DNA of 64,000 nucleotides from Mytilus trossulus (taxonomy: Eukaryota): positions 37,944,001 through 38,008,000 of the forward strand of contig NC_086381.1 of assembly GCF_036588685.1 (NCBI RefSeq), in the 5' to 3' direction. A program made the position numbers and the translations under genes. The notes beneath the pieces are model-generated. The model was given only the letters and a program-made list of their open reading frames with translations. It had not been told where the DNA came from and searched no databases. Shown piece after piece: positions 24,401 through 38,030 of this stretch (positions within the stretch are counted from its first letter, which is position 1; each line of letters opens with the position of its first letter).

Positions 24401-26524
24401 ACATTATGCCGCAATTTTGCGCCTGTCCCAAGTCAGGAGCCTCTGGCCTTTGTTAGTCTTATATGCTTTTAAATTTTAGTTTCTTGTGTATAATTCGGAG
24501 TTTAGTATGACGTCCATTATCACTGTACTATTATGCATATTTTTAGGGGCCAGCTGAAGGACACGTACGGGTGCTGGAATTCTTTCTACATTGAAGACCC
24601 CGGATGATTGGTTGCCTTCGGCTGTTGTCTGCTCTATGGTCGGGTGGTTGTCGCTTTGACATATACACCATTTCCTTTCTCAATTTTATTATGACATATA
24701 CACTTTCAAACTAAAGATAATTTCGTAATCGTTTGTAAAGTTTATATACGAAATGATAAATTGTCGCGCAAATTTTTATCATTACACAGCACTGCAACAT
24801 AAAAGTTTTAAATACTTGTTTACACTTAAGGCAAATTAAGTAATGTACAAGTAACAAACCTTATCAATACACTAACTTGATCGCAAGGAAGCTTTTAAAG
24901 TAAGAGTTCAAAGCTGGTATCCTCCCTTTGTTAGTTTTACAAACGCCATCACTAATTGGTTGACCGTTTATGAATATCTGTATCACAGATGACAACGGAT
25001 AGGTTCCATTTATCGTAACTATACAATCTCGTCCCCTTCCCCGAACGTGGCCCTAATTAGACTTATCACCAGGTTTGTACTTAAATGAATCCACAAATTC
25101 TACATGTGGAGCTGGATCTGCTTACTATTCCGAGATGCATCAGAACATCTTTTGATGGGTTCGTCTTGCTCAGTCGTTGCATTGGTTTTCTATGTTGAAT
25201 TTTATACAGTTGTTTGTTAATAATGTAAATTTTGGCGTTATCAGTTTATGGTCGGCTTATAAGTTTTAGAGTAACTAATTAGATATTATTCGTCTCGTTT
25301 TTGTAAAAGGATGTTAACCTGTTTTATTTTTCATCCAATTAAGTTACATAAAGTCTAATATTGAAACTAGCTGGATGGAACGCAAAACGTTTTTAATAAT
25401 ATTTAATAGACTGTACATAACCATTTCAATTCATTTAGTTTTTCAAGAGGTGTTCAGTTCCTTGTTAGAAACTGCTCCTGGTGATAGTAATGCACTGACG
25501 AAACCTTGCTATTTGGTGCTGATATTGTATTGTAACGTCAGATATATTCATATTTCATGTAAAAATAAAGGCAATAGTACTAGTATAATTCTGGTTAGTA
25601 GTCATAAATTGATTTAACTGAAACAAGTCCTGGTCACAAACCAAAACAAAGGCAAGCAATCAACTATTAAAAGTAATTATAGAGAACAAAAACAAATCTG
25701 GAATAACAGAAACACTATACTGCCTCAAAAGCAAACACCAACTTACATAGACACTAGCTTCCGGTATGTGATAACAATTGCCATATTCTTGACTTGGTTC
25801 ATGACATTTTAGTTCAAATAGTGGGTTGAATGGTTTAACGGCTAACCAACCCGCCCGCTTGTATTACAATATTAAAGATACTGCTAAAATGACAATATTA
25901 CGTGATAGGAATACAGTAGAAATAAATAGAAAACCGTTTAGGAAAGTGAATTACGTAACTGAATTATATAATAGTACATTCTAACATGTACACCACAGAA
26001 TATCAGTGATAGGTTTTTATCTGGTTATAAGGTCTGGTTATTAACTTGGATATTCCAAAATTATCTGCTTATGAGAATATGTTTTTATTTATTATAATCT
26101 ATGTAGCCAACAAGAAAGTCATGATACTTGGAAATCTTCTGACTATTATTTTCAGGTCACTTAATTTGAATAATCATGTAATGTGAAAATGTAAATGAAT
26201 AAATGAAGGTGCAGCAGGTTTAATGAATATGTGAATAAAGAGCACCTTAAAAGGAATTTCTCCTTTCTTATTTAATGATAGGAAGGCATCTGGGTAGGAT
26301 AGCGTGGTTGTTTCATATCTATTTGGCATGTACTGGCTAGTCAATTTTCAAAAAAAGTTCATCGGAAGTTACCAAGACCTTGTTGATTAAAATTCAGAAT
26401 CAACTTCAAACATAATAAACTATGGTCTTGAAGTATCGATCCCGTGTACTGCCAGTCTTTATAACTTGATAAAGTGTCATACTATTCTTGAATTTGTCTT
26501 TATAAATATTACTTTTACTGGGTA

Positions 26525-27120
26525 TAAAAAAGAAGATGTGGTATGATTGCCAATAAGACAACTATCCACAAAAGACCAAAATGACACAGACATTTCACAA
26601 CTATAGGTCTCCGTACGGCCTTCAACGATGAGCAAAGCCCATACCGCATAGTCAGCTATAAAAGGCCCAAATAAGACAATGTAAAACAATTCAAACGAGA
26701 AAACTAATGACCTCATGTATGTAACAAAATGAACATGATGAACGAGAAACAAATATGTAACACATAAAAAAACCGACAACCCCTGAATTGCAGGCTCCTG
26801 ACTTGGGACAAGCGCATACATAAATAATGTGGCGGGGTTAAACATGTTAGCGGGATCCCAACCCTCTCCTAGCCTGGGACAGTGGTATAACAGTACAACA
26901 TAAGAACGAACTATAAAATTCAGTTGAAAAAGACGTAACTCATCAGATGGACAACAAAACACGTGGACGTGGCCGGATACTTATACATCCCGACACAATG
27001 AACAGATCTGAGAGTACTCGTAGTTATCTGACAGCTAGTTCAGAGCCACTAACAACTAATAAAGAAATCATGCATCTAAGATTAAACTATCAATCCGTAC
27101 ACAACCAAAATCCAATGGAT
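26525..27120 (+). repeat. High-copy interspersed repeat family 1 (AAGAAGATGTGGTATGATTGCCAA...), longest copy
   Basis: Related copies at ~140-310, ~11368-11580, ~30135-30220 (rev), ~46100-46645 (rev), ~55470-55735 (rev, diverged) and ~62270-62600 (rev). Explains the near-identical ORFs 26477, 46191 and 62214. Confidence 0.85.
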
Positions 27121-28549
27121 ATTCTTTTTTATATCCATTTCCATTTGTGGCTCGGTATTTGTACGTCCTGACATTGTGTTATTGTTTTATCATGATTCTC
27201 GGTTGTTTGACATTCATTTTTTCTAATGTGGTAAGTTTATACGCCTTTTTGGTGTTTCTTTGGTACAAATGGCGTGGCACATTACTAATGCATCCCGTTA
27301 TTTTGCTATAATAAAACATTTTTGTATTGTTTTCTTTTATTTTTGCTTTGTCTTTATGCCACTGCATGTCTTTTTTTATGTTTTTTTATACATATATGAC
27401 GTGGCTCTGTACTTATGCATACCGTCATTGCGAATGTTGTTTTTTTAATTTTTGCTGATATGCTGGACTATACACCCTTTTGTGCCCCTTTGTTATATAT
27501 TTGTTTGTTTTTATAGGGATTATGATTATAACACAATGTTGACTGCTGTACCCTAATTTTTGACATTTTTGAATATTATGTTGTTTGTTTTGTTCAGACA
27601 TCTTTGTTATTTTAATGAAATTTGATGTGACTGTCATACAAATGAGAGGTTGAGTTAGCTATCAATCCAAGTTTAATATCCCATTTTCTACGTAAGAATA
27701 TATTACAGTTGTTATTCATTCTTTTGATGTGTTTGAGCTTTTGATTTTGTCATTGGATTAGGGACTTTCCTTTTTGATATTTCCTCGGAGTATTTTAATA
27801 ATATTATTGAAATGGTTTGAGAAATTCAGTTGTTTTACAAAAAAAAAACATTCACAATAAGACCACTGTTTCCTGGATGAATTGAAATCTCTCAAGCTGA
27901 TGCTATAATGTCTTGCCATGTACCTTCTAACGTTTTTATATATTTATACAAATGTAACTATCACATATTTTGGTATAATAATTCCCGGAGAATCATTTAA
28001 AGTGCTTTGGACGCATAAGAATAATTTTGTAAGGGGAACTATTTAAAGACAACAGGACTGAAAAAAAGTCTTTTTGAGATTACTTATAATAGTTTTATTT
28101 CATCTGGACATTAAAGAGCTTACACAACCTGGGAATACGTCTTGGTATTCAAATTGGATTGAAATATGTGTCCTTGAAATGCTATCGTTGATACTGATTT
28201 CTGTAAAGATCATATTCACAATGATAATTTTGTCAAAATATGCATGTGTTTTCAATATTTGTGCCTTTATCTTGACATTACACATTTTATTTTTTTCCTG
28301 AACTTCCATTTCATATACATATTTAATTTCTTATTTGTATATCAAAAGCATGGAAGAATGTTGTTTTAAGTTTCGACTTCAGAGACAACTTGCGTCGTTG
28401 TCCTTGTCACCTTTAACATGTCATTGTTAAATTGCATTCATAGATTGTAATTCTTTGGAGAAAAAGAAGACTCTTAAGAAACAAGAAAATATTTTATTTT
28501 TACACTTTAATCATGAAAAGAAATATGGTTGATATCTGTCAAAAAGATT

Positions 28550-28754
28550 TTAGGACTTATCAGCTCCTTGGAACCAAGGGCAGAACAGGTATTTACATGA
28601 ACAACATTGCGGCAAACGTACAAATTTTCGAACTAAACCAGCCCTTCGACACCAGACATAATAGTAATAATATTTATAGTTAGAATGTCCGCAGTACGTG
28701 AATCCTTGATTAAATATGGAGACTGTACCCTTCACTCCTGAACAACGGCTTTGC
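28550..28754 (-). CDS. Paralogue C coding exon 5
   Basis: ttttag acceptor; 3' part of ORF 28550..28870. Confidence 0.9.
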
Positions 28755-31700
28755 CTAAAATATATAAAGTACATGTTAATGTCTCTCTCTCTTTTTATAG
28801 CTTTACATATAGTGATATTTAAATATATGTATTTATTTCTCGCATTTAAATGAATGTGAATGTCAAGCATTCAACCTCGTAAGATACATTATAATGAGTG
28901 AAGAATTTCTATGTACAAATAATATCTTCTATCAGTTAAAAAATTATAAAACAAATCATTTCGATTTATTTTATACAACTTACCTGCAATAAGCCCGTTT
29001 ACAACGTAAATTGTACCAAGGTGATAACACCCAACATATTTCACGATTGTGCCAAACTGCTCTCGGAAAGTAGTAGTACGAAGTGATTGACGGGCATGTA
29101 TCACGCCAGAATGGTGAAGATGTCCTCGAAGAAAAAGATTGTGCAGGCGGTACTACATTAGCAGGTCTAGAACTAAACAAAAAACAAGTGCAAATTGTAA
29201 ATAGTCAGAGTTATATTGAGCTCAAAGTATTTTTTGTTCTGTCTAATAAAATTTATATCATGAAATATTATGCGACAGTGCTTACTGCTGACAGATTGTA
29301 ATGAAATTTAAAGCATGCAAATAAATAAATAATAGATTTCATAAAAAATTATGTTCTCTTCCTCAAGTTATTCCCACTCAAATCGACATATATTCAGCGC
29401 TATGTTTCTCAAGTATTTAAAATGTTCAATCACAGACTTGGTATTGTACTTGACTACAGTTTTAGTTCAGTTACCGAAAGTGATTACTCAAGTAAAAAGA
29501 CTGCAATGCAGTAATGTTATTTTCGTTAATATGGTTAGGAACTCCGGATTTTCTGATGTCAGTAAATACTTGCATTGCCAAGTACAGTGATAAATTAAGG
29601 CAACAATAGTAATCTAAACCTCTGTTCAATAGTCACAAATCGAATAAGCGAAAACAGATCCGGGTCACAAAACAAAACCGAGGAAAAATGATATGGTTAT
29701 ATTTATAAATTGACTGTTTACATGTTTTTTTTATTTTTTGGAAAAAACCTAAGGCTGATCTACCTCAGACATAGATTACCTTAGATGTATTTGGTAAAAC
29801 TTTTATGAACTTTTGTCCTCAATGCTCTTCAACTTTGTACTTTATTTGGCCTTTTTAACACTTTTGGAGTCGAGCGTCACTGATGACTCCTTTGTAGACG
29901 AAACGCGTGTCTGGCGTATATACTAGTATATTAAATTTAGTCCTATTATCTATGATCAGTTAATTTATACACTATAAGGAGAAAACAGTGTAACAATAGA
30001 ATTAAGAAACGCTGAACCTCTACAAAATCAAACACAAAATTACATAGAAATTTACCTTTGGATAAATTGTAACTTCTTCCATATTCATAGCTTAGTACAG
30101 AACATTTTCAAACAATGGTGGGATAAACGGGCTGTCCTATAGTTGTTAATGTCTGTGTCATTTTGGTCTTTTGTGGATAGTTGTCTAATTGGCAATCATA
30201 CCACATCTTCTTTTTTATATTTAAAAAAACACTGACCAATAGATTCAATGAACTATAATGCAACGTATGAGTAGTGGGAAAACGTTCAACTAAAACATGC
30301 ATATATAGTATCTGGAACTATCATTATAAATATTATATTAATTCAATCAATTTAACATGAATTTTGTGTAACAAATGTAAAAAAATGGTAATATTGAAAA
30401 ATATTGTTTATTGGTTTTACGATTTAACTTTCTTATTCACTTTAAAGTTAGTAACTTTCGTTGCAAATGTTTTTTCTATCGTTATGCATGGAACTTGTTC
30501 TTTTAAATTCATGTAAAAAAGTGAAATCTTTAGTGCAGTGACCATGTCAAATTTATGTACATTTATGTAAGCTCTTTTAAATCGGTCAATTCGATTTGCA
30601 GGTATGGCCTATATATATGTGTGTGTATACATGTATATATGCTCTCATTTTTTGGCGTATCCTGTATAGCAACACAGCAATTTGAAAAAGACTAATAAAC
30701 CACACCAAAAAAACCACAACCATTGAACAACAGTTTTCTGGAGTATTAGACATATTCGACAAAACAAGCGGGTTTAACAGGCGCCAACCTTCACCTTAAC
30801 CTCGAACAAATACTATAAAATTTGTCTTTAAATAGCTTCACTCGAACAAAAAGAAATGAAAACAAAGGAAGTAAACATACACTGAACTACTAAAATTGAT
30901 CTATGCACTTAGGGAAGATAAAGTATCCCGAAATTAAGAGTTCCAAATACAAATATCTGATTTGACACATGTGAAAAAATTATATCTTTTGAAAAAATAC
31001 TTTTAAAATAATTAAAAATAAAACAAGAATTACCAAACAAATTGCTTTCAACTTTATATACTTTTGATAACAAGATCATATATTCATATGCTTTTCCTCG
31101 CATTCATGGTTAAACGGATACATGTTTTAATAGGAGTTCGGCTGTCCGTTTACTTTATGTCCGTTCGTCTGTACATTCTTCTTGTACGATATGTTTTACT
31201 TTTGAATACACAAGTATAACCTCTTCAACAACTTATCATAATGAAATTAAACCACATGTTTCTTACCATGAAATGCCAATTTGCACTTTTTATTTTGTTT
31301 TTTGGTCAATCTCAGTTTTGGGGTTTCTATTTCCTTAACATGAACTTTACAATTTAAGATTCGTTCTCATATAATGCCATTTATGTGTTGTTTAGGGTTA
31401 ACTAACACACCTTTCTTCGATTTAAATAATTTGTTTAATCATAAAAGTAAGTAAACTGTTACTACATCATTTATTCAAATACCTGGGAAATGTCAGTGAT
31501 CCCAACCGATATGTAACGCACATCTTAAAAGTCTTTTGTGACCCCTTTAAAATTTCGAATTTAGGTGAATGTACATAGTATTCCATCATGATTTGTCACC
31601 CATTTATATTTGATTCGTCTAAAAGCCAGGTACGAAACAATGCAGTATACGTAAATAAACAATTAGTTCTCTCATTGGCACTCCACATATTCCTATATCT

Positions 31701-34700
31701 ATAAACAAACGAAATTTGAAAAACGTATGTTAAAAAATATGATTGTTCAGTATATATTCAAAAAATATTTTCAATGCATTTTTATCAAACTTACCTAGCA
31801 AAATGGAAATGCTCACAAAGGCCCCTTCCAAGAACTCTTGCGTTCTCTAGCTCACTTTTTATCGAACCACGCATTGTATTAATGGCTTTTCTAATAGCTG
31901 CACTGGAATTGAATAAGCAAAATAATCAGAGAGTAAGCTAGTATCAATTTAAGTGTTTTACCTTACTTTTTTGTATAGTGTATGGTGGGTTTTTTTGTAC
32001 GTTTTTTTTATTTTATCATGAACATTTAAACGAGGTCTGCTGAAATTTAAACGCTTATGTTTCCTGTCATGTTTGCGAAAAAAGAAATACGTTATCCTTT
32101 CGTGCCTTCAGAATATATATATATATAATTCTTATATGATTTGCATATCTATGAATACTTGAATTTGATTGGTCAATTAGATTTTTTATCTGAGTTTACA
32201 CTTCGATAAACGATATTTCCAAAACTACTTTTGTAATCTATTCATTCGCGATACACAAGCTTGCAGTCTCATGGGATTTTCAGCAAATTGAGATTTAAAA
32301 ACAATTGCATAACAGTTGTGACTATTCTAGTGCATATATAACAAAAAAAAAAGAAATGAATTTAATGCACTTAAGCTTCAAAAATGTATAAAACAAAATT
32401 TTATAAAATTCCGCGAAATTTCATGAAGGATTTGGCGAATTTACGTCATGGCAACACGACGTCATACGAATGGAAATTTTGGAAGGGAAAGATTATTTCG
32501 TTACGTGCATATATATATACAACTCGTCTAAACATCAACCCAACAATTTGTTTATGCCGTCACAATAAGATATTCAGAGGGAAGCAGGCAAATACGACGA
32601 CATAATCGGAATAACGAATGATTAACTGAGATCAAACGAACCACACGTTGATTATTTTTTGTACACACAATGGGTGCAGAAAGGTATAAATTGACGAAGA
32701 ATTAGAGAAAAAAATTATATATGTCTTTCGTTGAATACCGCCTTATGTTACGATGTATATTGGACAATTATACTTTTATTCAAGACATTATCAGATGTTC
32801 GTTTATTGAGGTTTGAAGTTCATATGTAAGATATTGAATCCAAGATTTTAAATCTAAAGTTGAAGTGATACTTCTGAAATTCTATTACCAACACAGTAAA
32901 TCAAGTTGATTAATATGGCACATTCTAGTCAATCACTGATGTCCACGTGTACAGTTCATTCTTTACTGTAACCTTTCTGACATGAGACTGATATTTGAAT
33001 ATATCATAGTATAACGACGAATCTTATGTGATGAGAAGGGATAGTGTCAGGAACGACATGTTATATTACAATTGTTAAGTGAGCCAATGAACTGCACTTT
33101 GCTTTTTATGTGTGTTTTATTAGACCTTTTCAACAACTCTCGAAATCGACTATTGACACCTACAGCTTTTAGGAGAAATAAATGGGTCATATTAAAGATA
33201 ACAATCAGTCATGTATAACATGTATATATCTGAAACATACATTGCAGTACATGTGTACTACATATTAAACTAAAACGATATTATTTAAAAAAAAAAAAAA
33301 AAAAAAAAAAAGGTTTTGCAAACTGTCAACTGTAGATGTAAACAATTCTATTATAATGCCAGGCTTTGGAAATCCATACATATTATGTGATACTAGTACT
33401 TGTAATCCCGTAACCTTACCTCTTACTTCGGACTGTCATATTTATAACATTTGGCAATCGCAATAGTTCCAAATATTGTTATAATTTTAAAAGATATTAA
33501 TGAATGATAAAATTTGTATAAAAATACCACAGTTGACGTTGCGACATTTTAAACATACCTCGCAAATAACGCTGCAGATAAGAGGATTCATAACGTTAAA
33601 TATATTCTTTACAAGGCAGATGTACTTACGCAGGATATTTGCCAGAAGTTTTTGCAGCAACCAATTCTTCTATTTCAGGTTCTTTCGGTCGGAAGCAAAT
33701 CCTCCTTTTTTCCAGAGATGCTTCATCAACTGGTTTCCCTGGGGGTTCTTTGACTTCTGGTTGTGCGTAGACAACTATAATCACTAATTGCAATGTGAAT
33801 TGCAGCCTCTAAAAAGTAAGACAAAAACCGACTTTCGTATCATGTGCATTGCATTTTACATTCAATCAAATACTGGCAAATATAGCTAAAAAAAGTAAAA
33901 GGCTACATACTGAACACCAAGTCAAAGGAGTAGAGTCAGTTATCCAAATAAACGGCCCTATAAACTGATAAAGGTGCATTTATATACACTTTCTATTCTA
34001 GTGTCGTGACCTTGATTTTTTCTCAGTATTTAACATGTTTAAAGGATGATGCCTATATTGTAGTTTAAGTAGTGTAGTCAGACTTACAACTCCTATACAC
34101 AATTTGTAAATACCACTTTATAAGTTTTGTTCATCCGATGCAATTTTGTGGATTAACCTTTATTTGTAACGCTCAAATCTAAACATTTGAGAGATGGGGA
34201 TGCATTAATTTGTACAATGTATGTTTTGAGGACTATATGAAAAAAAAAGAAGAAAACGACAGTCAGTTTCATCAATGTTCAATTTTGATTGTAATGCCTG
34301 GGTAAGCTAAAAATCCAATCTTTCATTTGCGCCACAAGGTTATATTTCATTTGCGCCAAAAATTAACTGCTTCATTTGCGCCATTTTACAGGTAATACAG
34401 GTTATATATATTTTAACAGGAAAGAAATAATCATCGCTCTATCATGAATATTAAAGTTTGTTTAGACAGTATTACTGTAAATACAATTAGGTTTAGATCT
34501 ATATAGTGTTCACATGTAAGATGTCCATGTATCAATATGGACATTGTCAATTCAGATGTTCTGAAAAATAGTGAAAAGTCATTTAGGTTTCAGAGGTAGA
34601 ATAACTTGTACGTGTAAAGGCAGAATAACAACTGATACGGAACACAAAACAATTATCAAAACTTTGAACAATCACAACCATTGGGTAAACCAGCAGAAAG

Positions 34701-35275
34701 TATAATCTCAAATGGTTTTATGATGACTTATTTCTGAGGAATATGTTTCGACCAACAAGAACTTTATCAAAAGTGGTTTTTTTGAAGATTAATACCTGTA
34801 TTCATCTGTATCATGCGTATTTACCTGTATGATTGGCGCAAATGAAACGTTTAATTATTGGCGGAAATCAAGTATAGTTTGTGGCGCAAATGAAAGATTT
34901 TTTTGGCGCAAAAGCAAAGCACCGGCTTAAAATTGGTGCTGTCCTTGATTGTAAAATTGACGGATTTATATATTTGAAACTTTGATTACATTTACATTTC
35001 TGCCAATACGCTGACAACGAGCAATCTTATATACGTCAAAACGTATTTCTTTTTTTTTCTTTGGTCGATTTGGCAACATTGTAGATATTTACTGGGTTTT
35101 TTTTCAAACATACAGTCACGTATTTTAGAAATAAATCGGCTCTTCAGTCAAGTTAAGGTAGAGTTGAAATGTGTAAATACATGCCTGAAATCATTGTTTA
35201 AACAAATTTGTAATGTAATACATTAAATGGGTGAATAAAAAAAAAAAGGAAATATAATCATATTTGACTTACCAT
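28550..35275 (-). CDS. Paralogue C: secreted Spaetzle-like cystine-knot protein, 227 aa, join(35273-35275,33630-33808,31795-31902,28984-29172,28550-28754)
   Basis: Canonical splice sites, phases 0,2,2,2, open 684-nt CDS. MRLQFTLQLVIIVVYA-QPEVKEPPGKPVDEASLEKRRICFRPKEPEIEELVAAKTSGKYPA-AAIRKAINTMRGSIKSELENARVLGRGLCEHFHFAS-SRPANVVPPAQSFSSRTSSPFWRDTCPSITSYYYFPRAVWHNREICWVLSPWYNLRCKRAYCR-QSRCSGVKGTVSIFNQGFTYCGHSNYKYYYYYVWCRRAGLVRKFVRLPQCCSCKYLFCPWFQGADKS*. AATAAA (minus strand) at 28493-28498. Confidence 0.9.
28984..29172 (-). CDS. Paralogue C coding exon 4
   Basis: tgtttag acceptor and GTAAGT donor; lies within ORF 28980..29180. Confidence 0.9.
31795..31902 (-). CDS. Paralogue C coding exon 3
   Basis: attccag acceptor and GTAAGT donor, 108 nt; AAIRKAI..AR..G.GLCE aligns with ASIRRAI..AR..GHGFCE of D. 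Confidence 0.87.
33630..33808 (-). CDS. Paralogue C coding exon 2
   Basis: tttttag acceptor followed by AGGCTGCA; GTAAGT donor after SGKYP. Confidence 0.9.
34296..34925. mobile_element. Non-autonomous element with inverted arrays of TTCATTTGCGCCA subterminal repeats (intron 1 of C)
   Basis: Three TTCATTTGCGCCA copies at 34321-34383 and four inverted TGGCGCAAATGAAA-like copies at 34834-34912. Confidence 0.65.
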
Positions 35276-35366
35276 TGTTCGGCCAGGACTTCCAGGTTTA
35301 CAGAATAACTAATAAAAAATAGTATAACAAAACTTTCCTTTGAAAAGTTTTGTTACAGTCTTAGTC

Positions 35367-35429
35367 TTTTATATTGGAAATTTCCTAAAGAAAATTAATT
35401 TATTGATATACGATTACGAACTTATGACC
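35367..35429 (-). promoter_or_regulatory. Putative core promoter of paralogue C: TATAAAA plus an upstream 17-bp motif GGTCATAAGTTCGTAAT
   Basis: TATA box at 35367-35373, ~92 nt upstream of the ATG; motif at 35413-35429 matches the one upstream of D at 16/17 positions with the same spacing. Confidence 0.55.
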
Positions 35430-36429
35430 AACAGTTCACATAATGTCATTATGGTTTTTGTTCATCATACAGTATAACTAATTTGGTGATCATAAGTCCC
35501 AACCTTCAATCATTTATTAGCATAAAAATGCGACAAAATGGAATTGATTATGTTAAAAAGGGTCTCAAAAAGTTAATCGGACATATTACAAAAAATAAAT
35601 ACATTGCGTAAACCAATCTTTGGCACGCTTCATAAAATCAATAGATGGAAACTTCCTCAAAATAAGGAAACACATTACAAATAAAGGAATAAGTTGGACC
35701 TCATTAATCGCTGAGGTAAACAATTTACGACTTTTTTATGCTGTTTATTTCCACATCTGTTGGCTGTGTTATTTCTTTTAGAACAATTGAGTTATTTTAC
35801 TTTTACTTTGGCAAACATCCAGATGCGTCATCAGTTAAAATCTGTAGTAATCTCTATACAAGCGGTGTATGCTAATAAACGGACATCGATGCGTAGTCAT
35901 AACAAATATATCGAATTGTTTTTTTAAAAAAGAACATTTCTCAAACTGTGTTCTTTTATATTGTAATTATAATGCTACTATTAAGACAAAAGATTGCTGG
36001 GTGTAGCTTGTTTTTCTTTGGATTACGTTGAAAATAACTTTTATGATGAGTTTATTTACCCTTGGATAGTTTCTTGGCGAAGAACAAAATACACAAGAAG
36101 ATACATTGATATTTCTATTCTACTTCATTTACAATTCAAACAAAAATGTTGATAAACTGATTCTTTGTTTTTATTTATATTTTAATAAAATATGCATATG
36201 GTGGTTTAACAAAAAACCAGTTGACATATGATGAACCTGCCCACTTCCAAGTTATTAAATTCGGGGATTAAAACACTAACTGAAAATTAAATTACAATGG
36301 TATGTTGCTTTTTTATATAATGTTATTAAGTTGTAAGGCAATTGGTAAAGGTGATATTTCAACATCTACAACAGCACAAAGGGTATAAGTGCAAGCGATT
36401 TAAAGCTATAGTCCGTATTTAATGATTGC

Positions 36430-38030
36430 CTCTTATGTGAGAGGTTAGAAAGATACCAGAGAGACATTCAAACTCATAGATAGAAAATAAACTGACAACG
36501 CCATGGCTATAAAAAAGGGAAAAACAGACAAAAATTAGTACACAAGACATAATTGAAAAAACTAAAGACTAAGCAACACGAACCAAATTAACAACTGGGG
36601 TGATATCAAATGTTTCGGAAGGGTAAGCAGACCCTGACCACATAGGGCACCTGTTGTGATGCTCCTTATATTACAAAGCCGGTTAATAGTCTTTTTGGGT
36701 AGGTCACATTCGTAACAAGGAAACATGATTTTAGTAACGACATACATGTAAAAAATCCTTAGTATTTCAAAAATTCTAAATTTTAAAAACAGTTAATTTA
36801 GAAATATAACCATATCAATGATAATTCATGTCAACACAAAAAATGCTGACTACTGGGCTGGTGATACCCTGGGAGAAATAAATCTCCACCATCAGTGGCA
36901 TCGACCCGGCTCTACAATTTTGTATTGGTTTGGCTTTTTAAATGTTTTGATCTGAGCGTCACTGATGAGTCTTATGTAGACGAAACGCCCGTCTGGCGTA
37001 TTAAATTATAATCCTGGTACCTTTGATAAATATTTACACCACTGGGTCGATGCCACTGCTGGTGGACGTTTCGTCCCCGAGGGTATCACCAGCCCAGTAG
37101 TCAGCACTTCGGTGTTGACATGAATATCATTTATATTGTCCTTTTTTTTTATATATAAATTTTCTGTTTACAAAACTTTGAATTTTTCGAAAATCTAAGG
37201 ATTTTCTTACGCCCAGGAGTAGATTACCTTAGCCGTATTTGGCACAATTTTTTGGAATTTCGGGTCCTCAATGCTCTTCAACTTTGTATTGGTTTGGCTT
37301 TTTAAATGTTTTGATCTGAGCGTCACTGATGAGTCTTATGTAGACGAAACGCGCGTCTGGCGTATTAAATTATAATCCTGGTACCTTTGATAAATATATA
37401 TATGTAAGGAACATATCTGAGATCATCTGTGAAATTGATATTCCATAATGGTCAACCAACTCTTGATGGCGTCCTCAAAATTTAAGAAGGGATGATTTCA
37501 ACTAAAGCATTCGGAACTCTTGGTTCAATAGCTTCCTTATGAGCACCAACTCTCTATCAAGGAAATCATGATATAAAATAGAAGCATGGGAATATTGTAT
37601 GCATTAGGAGATATATACTTCGTATGCAGGCGCTGCTGGAATGATGCTTAATAGAAATGGAAAGTTCACAATTGTGAAGATGAAATCATCTCTTTTGTTG
37701 TAAAGTTTTTTTTCAACCGACCCTCATTATCACTTTCTAGTTTAAAGTCAGGATAATTGTCATACTTAACTGTATATGTATCTGTTCTATCATTTATCTC
37801 TTGTACGATTGGTTAGAAGCGTTCAACATTGGCACGACATTCTAAATTAGTTAGTGAAAGAACATCACTCTATATAGCGGAAAGTAAAGTTAAAGGATAT
37901 TGCTAAATTTAGTTTCTTCTTAAGAAATTTCTATATGAATTCAGCTTCATAAGAATAAAGGAATATCGACAAAAAGAGGGGCACAATTGGTCACCATGGA
38001 ATACCGAAAGTTTGATGAAAATGTACAATT
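36430..38030 (-). mobile_element. Decayed reverse-transcriptase retroelement (Penelope-like), interrupted by a repeat at ~36751-37398
   Basis: Minus-strand remnants GIP..TNCAPLFVDI..SYEAEF, FNFTFRYI.DVLSL and LYNKRDDFIFTIVNFPFLLSIIPAAPAY. Its 3' non-coding part recurs at ~40650-41100, ~47425-47645, ~24915-25290 and ~61585-61740. Confidence 0.7.
36751..37398. repeat. Interspersed repeat family 2, composite copy (short forward piece followed by tandem reverse units)
   Basis: Duplicated block TTTGTATTGGTTTGGCTTTTTAAATG..GGTACCTTTGATAAATAT at ~36919-37033 and ~37283-37397; 36751-36908 is in the opposite orientation. Confidence 0.8.

Noticed and set aside
26477-26962. 161-aa ORF and similar ORFs at 46191..46457 and 62214..62411 (GWDPANMFNPATLF)
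   Set aside because: They are translations of a high-copy non-coding repeat, with different frame breaks in each copy.
31259-31270. ATG|GTAAGA motif inside intron 3 of C
   Set aside because: No promoter-like context and it is incompatible with the phase-2 downstream exon; treated as chance.
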